Assembly: GCA_019358915.1 (NCBI GenBank)
Contig: JAHHIM010000055.1
Location: 192,001 to 256,000, forward strand
Source: Trichormus sp. ATA11-4-KO1
GTDB lineage: Bacteria > Cyanobacteriota > Cyanobacteriia > Cyanobacteriales > Nostocaceae
Direction of reading: 5' to 3'
Length of the DNA: 64,000 nt
Part shown: in pieces, positions 1 through 10,802 of the stretch
Position numbering within the stretch: position 1 is the first letter of the stretch
Layout: each line of letters opens with the position of its first letter
Made by a program: the position numbers and the translations under genes
Notes under the pieces: model-generated
Seen by the model: the letters and a program-made list of their open reading frames with translations, nothing else
Told to the model about the DNA's origin: nothing
The model's database searches: none

Positions 1-1169
<1,169 letters not shown>

Positions 1170-1188
1170 AGAAAATTCGACTCCAATG

Positions 1189-1480
1189 TTCAAGAAAGGC
1201 AGAAGGCAGAAGGCAGAAGGCAGTTCCGATGAAACGAGTTTCACAGCCAAGTATGAAAGAGAGACTAGAAGCTAGAGACTGGAATTTTTACTCAGCACTC
1301 AGCACTCAGCACTCAGCACTTTCAAGTCAGAAGGGATTTATCTCTTCTCCGAATGCCCGAACCGTATTGCGACCACTCGTGAGCAAGGGTTTAAGACCCC
1401 CACTCAATCGAAGAATTGAGTGGCTCCCGTTCAGGAGGCGTCCCAATCCCCTTTTGAACGGAACCTTCTGCCTTCTTCAA
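1189..1480. mobile_element. MITE-like composite repeat, copy 1 (inverted GGCAGAA/TTCTGCC arms, internal hairpin, nested CACTCAG array)
   Basis: (GGCAGAA)n at about 1197-1223 and CCTTCTGCCTTC at about 1464-1475. The core GCGACC..GAGCAAGGGTTTAAGACCCCCACTCAAT..ATTGAGTGG is shared with 27385-27575. Confidence 0.6.
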
Positions 1481-1587
1481 CGAACTCACGTTGATTTAGT
1501 TTTAGTGTGCCCAATTTTGACTAACTAGATATCTCTGGACATCGCCAAAACCAAGATGAGAAAGTAGGGAATGGGGATTAGTATTTT

Positions 1588-1636
1588 TACTCAGCACTCC
1601 CCTTCGACTTCGCTCAAGTCCAGCGCACTCAGCACT
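1588..1636. repeat. CACTCAG heptamer STRR interrupted by a CCCTTCGACTTCGCTCA small dispersed repeat
   Basis: Read directly from the sequence; the same interrupting 17-mer recurs at about 48312. Confidence 0.75.
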
Positions 1637-1638
1637 TT

Positions 1639-2085
1639 CTATGTTGACTGACGTTCTAAGCTAGCTTCCATTGTATTGGTTAAAACATGACCTGCCATAA
1701 CGCCACTGCTGAGATAATATGTATCTTCTGAAATGCGGTGCATGGTTTCAAAGCCGCTACGCCGTTGGCGATCGCCTAATACCCAATAACGCTGCACGAT
1801 AGTATCTAAACCAATCCAACCCTCACCTTCAACTTGCCCCAAAATATTATGTTGCAGTAAAAAAGTATACTGGCGCTCACCATCATGTAAACGTCCTTTG
1901 TATTGCAAAGAAATTTCTGAGCGATCGCTACCTGGAAATATCAGCTTTGTTGCCATTGTGAACCAATTATCTCGATTCCAAGCAACTAAGGTCATGCCCT
2001 TAACGCTGATTGGCATACCATGACGCTCCAGCCAACTTCCTTGCATTACCCAGCGTCCTGGTTCCAATAAAAAAGTGTGAGCCAC
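1639..2085 (-). CDS. Conserved cyanobacterial hypothetical protein (beta-barrel/nitrobindin-like fold plausible)
   Basis: ORF 1639-2142. The probable start is the GTG at 2085 (AHTFLLEPGRW), preceded by AAGGAAAG. Confidence 0.75.
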   Translation of the reverse strand: MAHTFLLEPGRWVMQGSWLERHGMPISVKGMTLVAWNRDNWFTMATKLIFPGSDRSEISLQYKGRLHDGERQYTFLLQHNILGQVEGEGWIGLDTIVQRYWVLGDRQRRSGFETMHRISEDTYYLSSGVMAGHVLTNTMEASLERQST

Positions 2086-2227
2086 CTTGTACTTTCCTTG
2101 ACTTAATCCAGTACCCCTAAGACTTAAAGATATATTAGTCATTGGTCATTGGTCATTAGTCATGAGTCATTAGTTGCTTTTTACACCTCCCACACTCCCC
2201 CCATCTCCTTGTCCCCTTCCTATTCCC

Positions 2228-3478
2228 TCACAATCCTTGATGAATTTCTCCCAAAAGTACTTCATACGGTGCGCCAGTGGCAGCAGGTAAGTTACCAGGA
2301 ATACCCTGCTGTCGCCAGTAGGCTAACACAGCAAAGGCGATCGCTTCTTTAAAATCTGCATTTAAGCCGACTTCATCTGTAGTCAAAACTGGCACTGATG
2401 CCATCAATAATTGTAATCTTTGTTTTAAGTAGAGATTGCGACTACCGCCACCACATAATAGTACCTGCTGCGGCATTTGCGGTAAAAAACTACGGTAACT
2501 GTGAGCAATCGAAGCAACTGTGAGTTCTGTGAGCGTTGCTAGCAGGTCGGCGGGACTAAGTTGGTATGGTGCGGCATCTTGTAAACACTGATGCAAGTAA
2601 GTCACACCGAATAATTCGCGTCCCGTAGATTTAGGCGGCGGCAAATGAAAGTAGTCTTGCTGGAGCCATTGCTCTACTAATGGATAGCAGGGAGTACCAC
2701 TTGCTGCCCAATTGCCACTTTCATCGTAAGTCTTGGCACCAGCCGTTAAATGCTGCACCGCCAAATCCAACAGGCTATTTCCTGGGCCAGTATCCCAGCC
2801 CCGAATTTTAGACAGCCAGTCATGACGGCGGGGTGGAATGTAAGCAACATTGCCAATTCCACCTAAATTTTGAATGCAACGTCCTTCTTGGGGATGACTG
2901 AGCAAAAAAGCATCTACTCTGGGCACAAGCGGCGCACCATGACCACCAATGGCGATATCAGCAACGCGAAAATTACTCACAGTTGTCATTCCCGTGAGAT
3001 GGGCAATTAAAGCACCGCGACCTAGTTGGAGGCTATAACCCAAAGGAGTGCTGAGTGCTGAGTGCTGAGTGCTGAGTGAGGAGTGAGGAGTAGGAAATTC
3101 TCCCCCTGCTCCCTGAGGTGGTCGATGGTATACTGTCTGACCGTGGGAGCCAATCAAAGTTGCTGACTGATGACCAATTTGAATATTTTGGGCGGCTTGG
3201 GCGAAGGCAAAGGCGATCGCATCATCTATTTCTGCTAATTCTGCTATGGAGATAGCTGCACCGGCACAAACAGCTAATATTTTTTCTCTGAGGTTGGGGG
3301 TGTAAAGATATGTTTCACCTGCTAGTAACTCAATTTTGAGATCCAAATCTGTACCAGAAATCTCTACCAAGGCAGCGTCTATACCATCTACGGAAGTACC
3401 ACTGATTAAACCAATCACGCGAGTAGATCCGGTAACTTGTTCATTTGGATGTATTGGCAGAGATTCTTTGGTAATCAT
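2228..3478 (-). CDS. anmK: Anhydro-N-acetylmuramic acid kinase
   Basis: Motifs [39 protein letters not shown] and KEAIAFA. Confidence 0.95.
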   Translation of the reverse strand: MITKESLPIHPNEQVTGSTRVIGLISGTSVDGIDAALVEISGTDLDLKIELLAGETYLYTPNLREKILAVCAGAAISIAELAEIDDAIAFAFAQAAQNIQIGHQSATLIGSHGQTVYHRPPQGAGGEFPTPHSSLSTQHSALSTPLGYSLQLGRGALIAHLTGMTTVSNFRVADIAIGGHGAPLVPRVDAFLLSHPQEGRCIQNLGGIGNVAYIPPRRHDWLSKIRGWDTGPGNSLLDLAVQHLTAGAKTYDESGNWAASGTPCYPLVEQWLQQDYFHLPPPKSTGRELFGVTYLHQCLQDAAPYQLSPADLLATLTELTVASIAHSYRSFLPQMPQQVLLCGGGSRNLYLKQRLQLLMASVPVLTTDEVGLNADFKEAIAFAVLAYWRQQGIPGNLPAATGAPYEVLLGEIHQGL

Positions 3479-3572
3479 AAATTTTGTGAAATCTTTATTA
3501 AAATGAGGAATTTTAGTAGTTTAAAAACCCCTCACAATTCTATTTTTATCTAGGGAATGGGGGCTAATTTTA

Positions 3573-4172
3573 TTAGTTTTGTTGAAGGTTAATTTCTTGT
3601 AAATCAAGAGCATAATTTAATCGCAAAACATTAACTCCCGGTTCACCAAAAATCCAAAGAAATCTGCCATCAGTATACTTATTAATTAAAGGTAGTATTT
3701 CATCATCTCGTACACCACGGGCACGAGCAACCCGGCTCAATTGTTGTCTTGCTGCTCTCAAAGAAATATGTGGATCTAAGCCAGAGCCTGAAGTATAAAT
3801 TAAATCGGCAAGGGGTTGAATATTTTCGTCTCGGAATTGATTTGCTTGTTCGACAATTCGATCCAATAGTGCTGGATTACTAGGAGCGAGATTACTAGCA
3901 CCAGATATACCAGTTGGATTAGCCCTTTTCCCTTCACTATATCTCACAGCACTAGGGCGACCATGAAAATATCGTTCTGATGTGAATGACTGGCCAATCA
4001 AAGCTGAACCAATGGGTTTTGCTTCTATATTTACCATGACACTGCCGTTAGCTGGAAACGGAAATAAGGCTTGACCTAATACCAGAATGGCAAGAGGATA
4101 AATGATTGCTGTTAGTAACCACAGAACCAAAGTTATACGAATTGCTCTGATAATCTCTCGAATAAAATACAT
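3573..4172 (-). CDS. kdpC: K+-transporting ATPase subunit C
   Basis: Motifs ANGS, SALIGQ, YFHGRPSA, GASNL, TSGSGLDPHIS and VNVLRLN. Confidence 0.95.
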   Translation of the reverse strand: MYFIREIIRAIRITLVLWLLTAIIYPLAILVLGQALFPFPANGSVMVNIEAKPIGSALIGQSFTSERYFHGRPSAVRYSEGKRANPTGISGASNLAPSNPALLDRIVEQANQFRDENIQPLADLIYTSGSGLDPHISLRAARQQLSRVARARGVRDDEILPLINKYTDGRFLWIFGEPGVNVLRLNYALDLQEINLQQN

Positions 4173-4347
4173 AAAATTTTCTATTTGTTCTCAAAATTTA
4201 ATTGTGACTTGTTTCCTGGGTCAAGTTCTTTATTCATACTTCTCTTGTGGTTTACCTTCTAAACAGGGTAAAAATAAAAAAATTCTGTTAAATGCCATTT
4301 GTTTTCACTAGGAAACCCCAGACATGAAAATGGCTCTTTTTTTCTTA

Positions 4348-6447
4348 CTAAACTAACCCCACTGCCGTAATTAGTACATCTATTAATTTAATGGCGATAA
4401 ACGGCAAAATTACCCCACCTAAGCCATAAATTAAGATGTGGCGTTGTAGCAGTTGATTAGCTGTTAAGGGTCTAAACTGCACTCCTTTCAAAGCTAAAGG
4501 AATTAAAGTAGGAATAATCAAAGCATTATAAATCAACGCCGATAGTACAGCAGAATTAGTGCTAGACAAATTCATAATATTTAGACTTTGCAAGTTAGCA
4601 GCAGTAAAAATAACCGGAATAATGGCAAAGTATTTAGCAACATCATTGGCAATGGAAAATGTAGTCAACGCCCCACGGGTAATCAGTAATTGTTTACCAA
4701 TACTCACGATATCGATGAGCTTGGTGGGATCAGAGTCCAAGTCCACCATGTTGGCTGCTTCTTTAGCGGCTTGAGTACCTGTATTCATAGCCACGCCGAC
4801 GTGAGCTTGTGCTAGTGCAGGAGCGTCATTAGTGCCGTCTCCTGTCATCGCTACCAATTTGCCTGCTGCTTGTTCCCTTTGAATAACACTCACTTTATCT
4901 TCTGGTGTAGCTTCAGCGATGAACTCATCTACTCCGGCTTCATTGGCAATCACAGCTGCGGTAATTCGATTATCTCCAGTGAGCATGATGGTACGTACAC
5001 CCATGCGGCGTAACTGCTGAAAACGCTCACGGATACCAGGTTTGATGATGTCTTTCAGATAAATCACACCATAAATTTCGTTATCTAAACAAACTGCTAA
5101 GGGTGTACCTCCTTGTTGAGAAATTTGTTGATAGACAATATCTATATCTGGGGATTCTTTGCCATTACGGGAACGGACAAACTCTTTAATTGCTTTGACT
5201 GCTCCTTTACGAGCCTCACGTCCACCAGAAAAGTTTGTGCCACTCATCAGCGTTTTGTCAGAAAACTCTACCCCTACTGCTTGGTTGGGATCAAAATCAA
5301 ATCGTGCGCCTAACCTTTGTGCTAGTCGGACAATTGATTTTCCTTCAGGTGTATCATCAAATATGCTAGCGGCCAAAGCAATATGAGCCATTTCCTCTAA
5401 TGAGTGGCCGTTGATGGGGATAAAATCTTCTGCCAAGCGGTTGCCGAGAGTAATTGTGCCTGTTTTGTCCAGAACTAGGGTGTTGACATCGCCACAGGCT
5501 TCCACAGCTCGTCCGGAGGTAGCAATGATGTTCAATTGGGTGACCCGATCCATGCCAGCAATACTAATGGCGCTTAGTAATCCTCCGATGGTGGTGGGAA
5601 TTAGCGCCACCAACAGGGCAATCAAAATTGGTACACTAACTGGACTGTCAAGATAGTAGGCAAATACGGGCAAGGTGACCACAACCAACAAACATACTAG
5701 GCTCAAAATTACTAGTAATAGAATTAAGGTAATTTCATTTGGTGTTTTGCTGCGTTTTGTCCCTTCTAATAAAGTAATCATCCGGTCAAGAAACCCTTTG
5801 TCTGGGTCAGCTGTGATGCGGACAATTAGTTCATCAGAGATAATACGCGTACCACCAATAACCGAACTGGCGACATCTGAGCCTGATTCTTTCAAGACTG
5901 GTACAGATTCTCCAGTAATTGCTGATTCATCCACTGAGGCAGCACCCATGATCACTTTGCCATCAGCAGGAATGATATCGCCAGCTATCAAGTAGATGGT
6001 GTCATTTTGTCTGAGGCTGGTGGAACGAACCTCAGAAATTGTGCCATCGGGAGCAAGTTTTTTCGCGATCGCCTCTGACTTTGTGGATCGTAAAGCATCA
6101 GCTTGGGCTTTACCCCGTCCTTCAGCCACTGCTTCCGCAAAATTAGCAAACCAAACGGTGCAGAACAAAATCCCAGTTAGTAGGCCGTTGAATAGTCGAG
6201 GATTCTGCGCTGGGGTGGGGATAAATAAGTTGGGATCAATGGTTAGCAACAGGGTAACAAGTGTCGCTATCCAAACCAAAAACATGATGGGATTTTTAAT
6301 TGCATACTGAGGATTAAGCTTGACAAAAGCATCCCTGATGGCTCTAAGGTAGAGTCTTTTGGCATTGATCTTGGATTGTTTACCTGCTTGGCGGCGATCT
6401 CCAGGACGAGAACGTGGTGATCTAGAGGTAGGTGCGACTGAATTCAT
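4348..6447 (-). CDS. kdpB: K+-transporting P-type ATPase subunit B
   Basis: Motifs TGES, IPTTIGG, the DKTGT phosphorylation site, MTGDGTNDAPAL and ANDVAKYF. Confidence 0.96.
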   Translation of the reverse strand: MNSVAPTSRSPRSRPGDRRQAGKQSKINAKRLYLRAIRDAFVKLNPQYAIKNPIMFLVWIATLVTLLLTIDPNLFIPTPAQNPRLFNGLLTGILFCTVWFANFAEAVAEGRGKAQADALRSTKSEAIAKKLAPDGTISEVRSTSLRQNDTIYLIAGDIIPADGKVIMGAASVDESAITGESVPVLKESGSDVASSVIGGTRIISDELIVRITADPDKGFLDRMITLLEGTKRSKTPNEITLILLLVILSLVCLLVVVTLPVFAYYLDSPVSVPILIALLVALIPTTIGGLLSAISIAGMDRVTQLNIIATSGRAVEACGDVNTLVLDKTGTITLGNRLAEDFIPINGHSLEEMAHIALAASIFDDTPEGKSIVRLAQRLGARFDFDPNQAVGVEFSDKTLMSGTNFSGGREARKGAVKAIKEFVRSRNGKESPDIDIVYQQISQQGGTPLAVCLDNEIYGVIYLKDIIKPGIRERFQQLRRMGVRTIMLTGDNRITAAVIANEAGVDEFIAEATPEDKVSVIQREQAAGKLVAMTGDGTNDAPALAQAHVGVAMNTGTQAAKEAANMVDLDSDPTKLIDIVSIGKQLLITRGALTTFSIANDVAKYFAIIPVIFTAANLQSLNIMNLSSTNSAVLSALIYNALIIPTLIPLALKGVQFRPLTANQLLQRHILIYGLGGVILPFIAIKLIDVLITAVGLV

Positions 6448-6455
6448 GTTGTGTG

Positions 6456-6499
6456 GGGAGTGGGAATGGGGAGTGGGGAATGGGGAATGGGGAATGGGG
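6456..6499. repeat. GGGGAAT/GGGAGT heptamer STRR in the kdpA-kdpB spacer
   Basis: Tandem heptamers read directly. Confidence 0.8.
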
Positions 6500-6554
6500 T
6501 GAAATTGCTTCTATAATTCTCCCTCACTCCCTCACTTCCTCATCCCCTCTTCTT

Positions 6555-8240
6555 CTAACTGCCAGAAGCTAGTTTAAAACCCTCGGCGATCGGGCCTAAA
6601 GCCAAAATGGGGAAGAAAGTCAATAGCCCCAAAATCAGCACTAATCCGGCTGTGGCAGTGGTAAATAGCAGAGAATCGGTTTTGAGGGTACCAGGAGTTT
6701 CCGGTATTGTTGGTTTACGAGACATCCCGTCAGCCAATAGCAAGATGGCAATAATTGGAATGTAACGCCCTACCAAAATACTGAAACAAGTACTTAAATT
6801 CCACCATATTGTGTTATCCGCTAATCCCTCTAAACCAGAGCTATTATTGGCACCAGCTGCGGCATACTCATAAACTACTTGGGAAATACCATGAAAGCCA
6901 GGGTTGGTAATTCCAGACAAAGAAAACGGATAAGCCAATGTAATGGCACTGGGAATTAAAACTACAATGGGGTGAATCAACAGCACCACGCTGGCAAGAA
7001 TAATTTCTCGCCTGGCAATTTTGCGCCCTAAAAATTCTGGGGTGCGTCCTACCATTAACCCAGTTAAAAACACGGTCAAAATTAAATAAATGAATAGGTA
7101 AGCCGTGCCAATTCCTTGACTTCCCCAAATAATTTGCAGAAATAAGTTAAATAAACTCGAAAATAATCCTGATGGCATCAAAGAATCGTGCATCCCGTTG
7201 ACAGCACCACACATAGTCGCGGTAGTCATGACTGCCCACAGTGCTGTTTGTGCCCAGCCAAATCGAATTTCTTTGCCTTCTAAATTGGGCTGTTCTAATC
7301 CCAATGTATTGTTAACAAGGGGATTGCCTTGTTGTTCTCCGCCCACGGCTAACCAAACTAAAATTACGAAAACTACAAATACCATCCAAAACAGTAGCCA
7401 AGCTTGTTTGATGTTTTTGGCAAATACGCCGTAGGTGTAAATTAAGGATGCTGGAATCGAAATCATGGCGATGATTTCGATTAAATTAGTAGCGCCATTG
7501 GGATTTTCAAAGGGGTGAGCCGAGTTAACGCCAAAAAAACCACCGCCGTTTTCACCCAACATTTTGATCATCTCAAATGATGCTACTGGCCCTCTAGCAA
7601 TATATTGGGTTCCTCCCTCTAGGGTTTGGACAACTAGCGGTTCACGTAATGTTTGTGGTACACCTAACATCACTAAGGCGATCGCGCCAATTACTGAAAT
7701 GGGTAGTAATATTCTGGTAATGCCACGGGTCAGATCAACATAAAAGTTACCCAGCTTTTTGCCTGTCAAGCCGCGAATAAAGGCAATACCCACCGCCAAA
7801 CCTGTAGCAGCTGAGGTGAACATTAAAAAGCCTAAAGCTGCTGCCTGGCTAAAATAACTTAAGGTTGTCTCACCAGTGTAGTGTTGTTGGTCGGTATTTG
7901 TTACAAATGAAATGACTGTATGTAGCAATGTGTCCCAACTAGGCGCACCCAAGTTATTAGGGTTCCAGGGTAATAATCTCTGAAAGAATATCAGCGAATA
8001 TACTAAAATACCCATGAATAGGTTAGTGATTAATACTGACCGGATATACTGTCCACCCGTCATCTCATCTTTTGGGCGGACACCCGCTAGCACAAAGAAG
8101 CCGCGCTCTATTGGGTTCATTAAGGGAGCGAGCAACGTTCTTTCTCCCAAGAAAACACGCGCCATATATCTTCCCAAAACTGGAGTGATAGCTATGACAA
8201 TACACAGTGTCAAGCCGATTTGTAAAAAACCTTGTCCCAT
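6555..8240 (-). CDS. kdpA: K+-transporting ATPase subunit A
   Basis: Motifs [37 protein letters not shown] and GRTPEFLG. Confidence 0.96.
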   Translation of the reverse strand: MGQGFLQIGLTLCIVIAITPVLGRYMARVFLGERTLLAPLMNPIERGFFVLAGVRPKDEMTGGQYIRSVLITNLFMGILVYSLIFFQRLLPWNPNNLGAPSWDTLLHTVISFVTNTDQQHYTGETTLSYFSQAAALGFLMFTSAATGLAVGIAFIRGLTGKKLGNFYVDLTRGITRILLPISVIGAIALVMLGVPQTLREPLVVQTLEGGTQYIARGPVASFEMIKMLGENGGGFFGVNSAHPFENPNGATNLIEIIAMISIPASLIYTYGVFAKNIKQAWLLFWMVFVVFVILVWLAVGGEQQGNPLVNNTLGLEQPNLEGKEIRFGWAQTALWAVMTTATMCGAVNGMHDSLMPSGLFSSLFNLFLQIIWGSQGIGTAYLFIYLILTVFLTGLMVGRTPEFLGRKIARREIILASVVLLIHPIVVLIPSAITLAYPFSLSGITNPGFHGISQVVYEYAAAGANNSSGLEGLADNTIWWNLSTCFSILVGRYIPIIAILLLADGMSRKPTIPETPGTLKTDSLLFTTATAGLVLILGLLTFFPILALGPIAEGFKLASGS

Positions 8241-8847
8241 TTATTTCGCACTCAATTCAAGTTTAATGATCGAAAGCTAATTATTTAGATATTTAGATAT
8301 AGCAAATGAATTACTCTGCAATTCAATCACGAGCAGTTGGGTAATGTCTATATATATGTAACCTCAATTCATTTGTTGTTTTTAGTTAATACTATTTTTC
8401 ATATTTTTTTTCAGGTTTCCGTCAAAAATATTTAAACTTTATTTTTATATAACTTGTGAATATTACTTGCCTACATAACAAATTCCTGAAATTTGCTAAT
8501 GTAAAATACATTCTGAATTATAAAATTATGTATAAAAATACACTAATTACTCATGGACGTAAACTAAACTAAGAGTTAGCAAAAGATTATATTGCATATT
8601 TAGCCTTTTGGGTGAAAATAAGTATCTTGCGAAAATAAACTACAATAGTCAAGTTTAATGAGCAAATAATATTAACTCAAGATTTTTAGCTTTATTCTGG
8701 CAAATTATGCCCAAATCTGGCATAAAATTAAGTTTTAGAGTTAGATGTATAGCAGTTGCCACTTAGTTTAGGGCATAAACTAATCATAAAACCTATAAGT
8801 GTAAGCCTGTCCCCTGTTATAACGGCTGACACCACAATAAAAAGAAT

Positions 8848-10326
8848 ATGTTTACTAAAGAATCTTTTGCAGCCAAGGAAACCAACTATTCTCAACGCAA
8901 AGTGTTGATTGTCGGTGGAGGCCCCGCAGGTCTAGCGACTGCATTAATGTTAGCCAAACGTGGTTGGACAAAGATTACGGTTTTAGAACAACGGGCTAGT
9001 GCTGATTATTATGAACCTGACAAGTCGTTTCATTATCTAATTGATGGTCGGGGTCAAAAATTAACAGATTTTTTTGGACTTACCGACCAAATATCAAAAA
9101 TTAGTGTTCCCAATACAGAATTTTACTTAACTCAAATTAAACCTGATGGCAGTCGCAAAACATCGAAATTGCCTATCGTAGATCCCAACAGGAAAACTGC
9201 CTATTGGCTACCACGAAAAGCCTTTGTTTTGTTGTTATACCAAGAAATCACACAACATTGGCAAGATGCAGTTACTGTATTATTTAATACAAAATGTATT
9301 CAAATTAATAAAATTCAGGAAAAGCTGGAAGTAACTACACAAGATAAAAACGGTAGTATTGGCAAGTTTGAGCCTTGTCTGCTGGTTGGTTGTGATGGCA
9401 TTTACTCTCTTGTCCGTAACACCCTCAAAGAGTGGGACAAATCCACATCGGACAAATTTGAGATGAAGTTTTTTCCTTCACCCAGTTCCGGGCTGAGGTA
9501 TAAAGTGTTAAGTCTACCGCCAAAGTTTCCCCTTGATCGCAGTGGCAATGAATATGCAGTGAGTCATATGGCATATGCTATTCGTGGAGCTTTCCGCGAT
9601 CGCTTGCGTGCTTTTTCTCTGGGTTTACTACCGTTCCATAACCCCGATGAACCCAGAACAGCAAATGTGATTACACGACCAAACCATAAAATCTGGGAAT
9701 TGAAAACCAATGCGGAAGTTTACGATTTTTTTGAGCAAGCTTTCCCCCAATTACCCATACGCCAAATAGTTTCACCCACGGAGGTTGAACGATTTGCTAA
9801 AAGTGAAGGGGGTTGTTTTCCTGATCCGCAATACTGTTCTAAATTGCAATACTTGTTACCGCAGAATCAGTCATCGGCTACTGGGGTTGTACTCTTAGGA
9901 GATGCCATCCACTGCTTTCCTCCAGACATTGGACAAGGGGTAAATTCAGCATTGGAAGATGTCTATGTCTTGAATGAAGCACTCACTAAGAGCGATGATG
10001 ATCTCTCACAAGCGCTGCCTCTATACGAATCCTGGCGGCTTCCTGATGTCAAAGCTTTGGTACGTCTGGCTCAAGTTGCCTATCCTTGGCAGTATAATCA
10101 GGATCGCTTAGGGAAGAGGCTATGGAATATTAACTTTTTTCTGAGATTTTTACTTAGTCGGTTGCTACCTTACATCTTCAATCCTCCAGCTTTTTTGCTG
10201 ATCCAGAATCATCAGTTTTCGTATCAAGACATATTGAGGAAGGCTCAGAGTACCACTCGAACCTTATATGTACTTGGCCTAATCATTATTTTTGGGTTTT
10301 TAGTTTTAGTAAGTACTAACGGGTAA
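8848..10326 (+). CDS. FAD-dependent monooxygenase (kynurenine 3-monooxygenase-like, group A) with a C-terminal membrane helix
   Basis: Motifs GGGPAG, LVGCDG and LLGDAIHCFPPDIGQGVNSALED, plus a hydrophobic C-terminus. Confidence 0.85.
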   Translation: MFTKESFAAKETNYSQRKVLIVGGGPAGLATALMLAKRGWTKITVLEQRASADYYEPDKSFHYLIDGRGQKLTDFFGLTDQISKISVPNTEFYLTQIKPDGSRKTSKLPIVDPNRKTAYWLPRKAFVLLLYQEITQHWQDAVTVLFNTKCIQINKIQEKLEVTTQDKNGSIGKFEPCLLVGCDGIYSLVRNTLKEWDKSTSDKFEMKFFPSPSSGLRYKVLSLPPKFPLDRSGNEYAVSHMAYAIRGAFRDRLRAFSLGLLPFHNPDEPRTANVITRPNHKIWELKTNAEVYDFFEQAFPQLPIRQIVSPTEVERFAKSEGGCFPDPQYCSKLQYLLPQNQSSATGVVLLGDAIHCFPPDIGQGVNSALEDVYVLNEALTKSDDDLSQALPLYESWRLPDVKALVRLAQVAYPWQYNQDRLGKRLWNINFFLRFLLSRLLPYIFNPPAFLLIQNHQFSYQDILRKAQSTTRTLYVLGLIIIFGFLVLVSTNG

Positions 10327-10792
10327 AAACAGCTTTCTTCATGCCCATTTCTTCCACAGTTACGGGGCTGCCATCCTTGGTAAAATCAAAAGATTTAGTG
10401 ATTGGCCCGTGAATGAACAATGTCCATGCCTGTTGACCATCTTCAATCCAGATGCAATGGTATTTTTGGGCAGACCGGAAAATGATTGAACCTGGCCGAT
10501 ACCACTTAACTCCTTGTTCTGTTTTCTCCCAGTAACCGCCTTTTATAATAATACTAATATTGAACCAAGGATGGTTGTGCAGTAAGCCTTTGTACCATTC
10601 TGGACGATCTAAAATTTGGTTAAGGGTGACATTAAACCAGCGATTTTGGGGAAACAAGATAAAGTGAATATGCTGCCGAGGCTCTTTCTGTTCTGAATCA
10701 TTAAAGGCAGTTAAGCAAGGGCGAGACTCTAGATATTTATTGAATAATCTGGTAAGCACAGCAATACCTCCTATTAAACTTAGTGATTTCAC
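10316..10792 (-). CDS. Cupin-fold hypothetical protein
   Basis: Cupin metal-ligand pattern LHNHPW..IIKGGYWE..PGSIIFR..KYH..WTLF. The ORF starts 10 bp after the priA stop. Confidence 0.7.
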   Translation of the reverse strand: MKSLSLIGGIAVLTRLFNKYLESRPCLTAFNDSEQKEPRQHIHFILFPQNRWFNVTLNQILDRPEWYKGLLHNHPWFNISIIIKGGYWEKTEQGVKWYRPGSIIFRSAQKYHCIWIEDGQQAWTLFIHGPITKSFDFTKDGSPVTVEEMGMKKAVFTR

Positions 10793-10802
10793 AAACCCAT
10801 GA

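Noticed and set aside
1229..1528. 99-aa ORF containing [11 protein letters not shown]
   Set aside because: It is a translation of STRR/MITE sequence with no protein-like features.
4230..4298. Possible kdpF/kdpG in the kdpB-kdpC gap (MAFNRIFLFLPCLEGKPQEKYE)
   Set aside because: It lacks a full TM helix and the YL....PERF motif.
4559..8280. Many short antisense ORFs within kdpAB (likewise in the oxidase, gyrB and tamB genes)
   Set aside because: These are shadow ORFs opposite well-supported genes.
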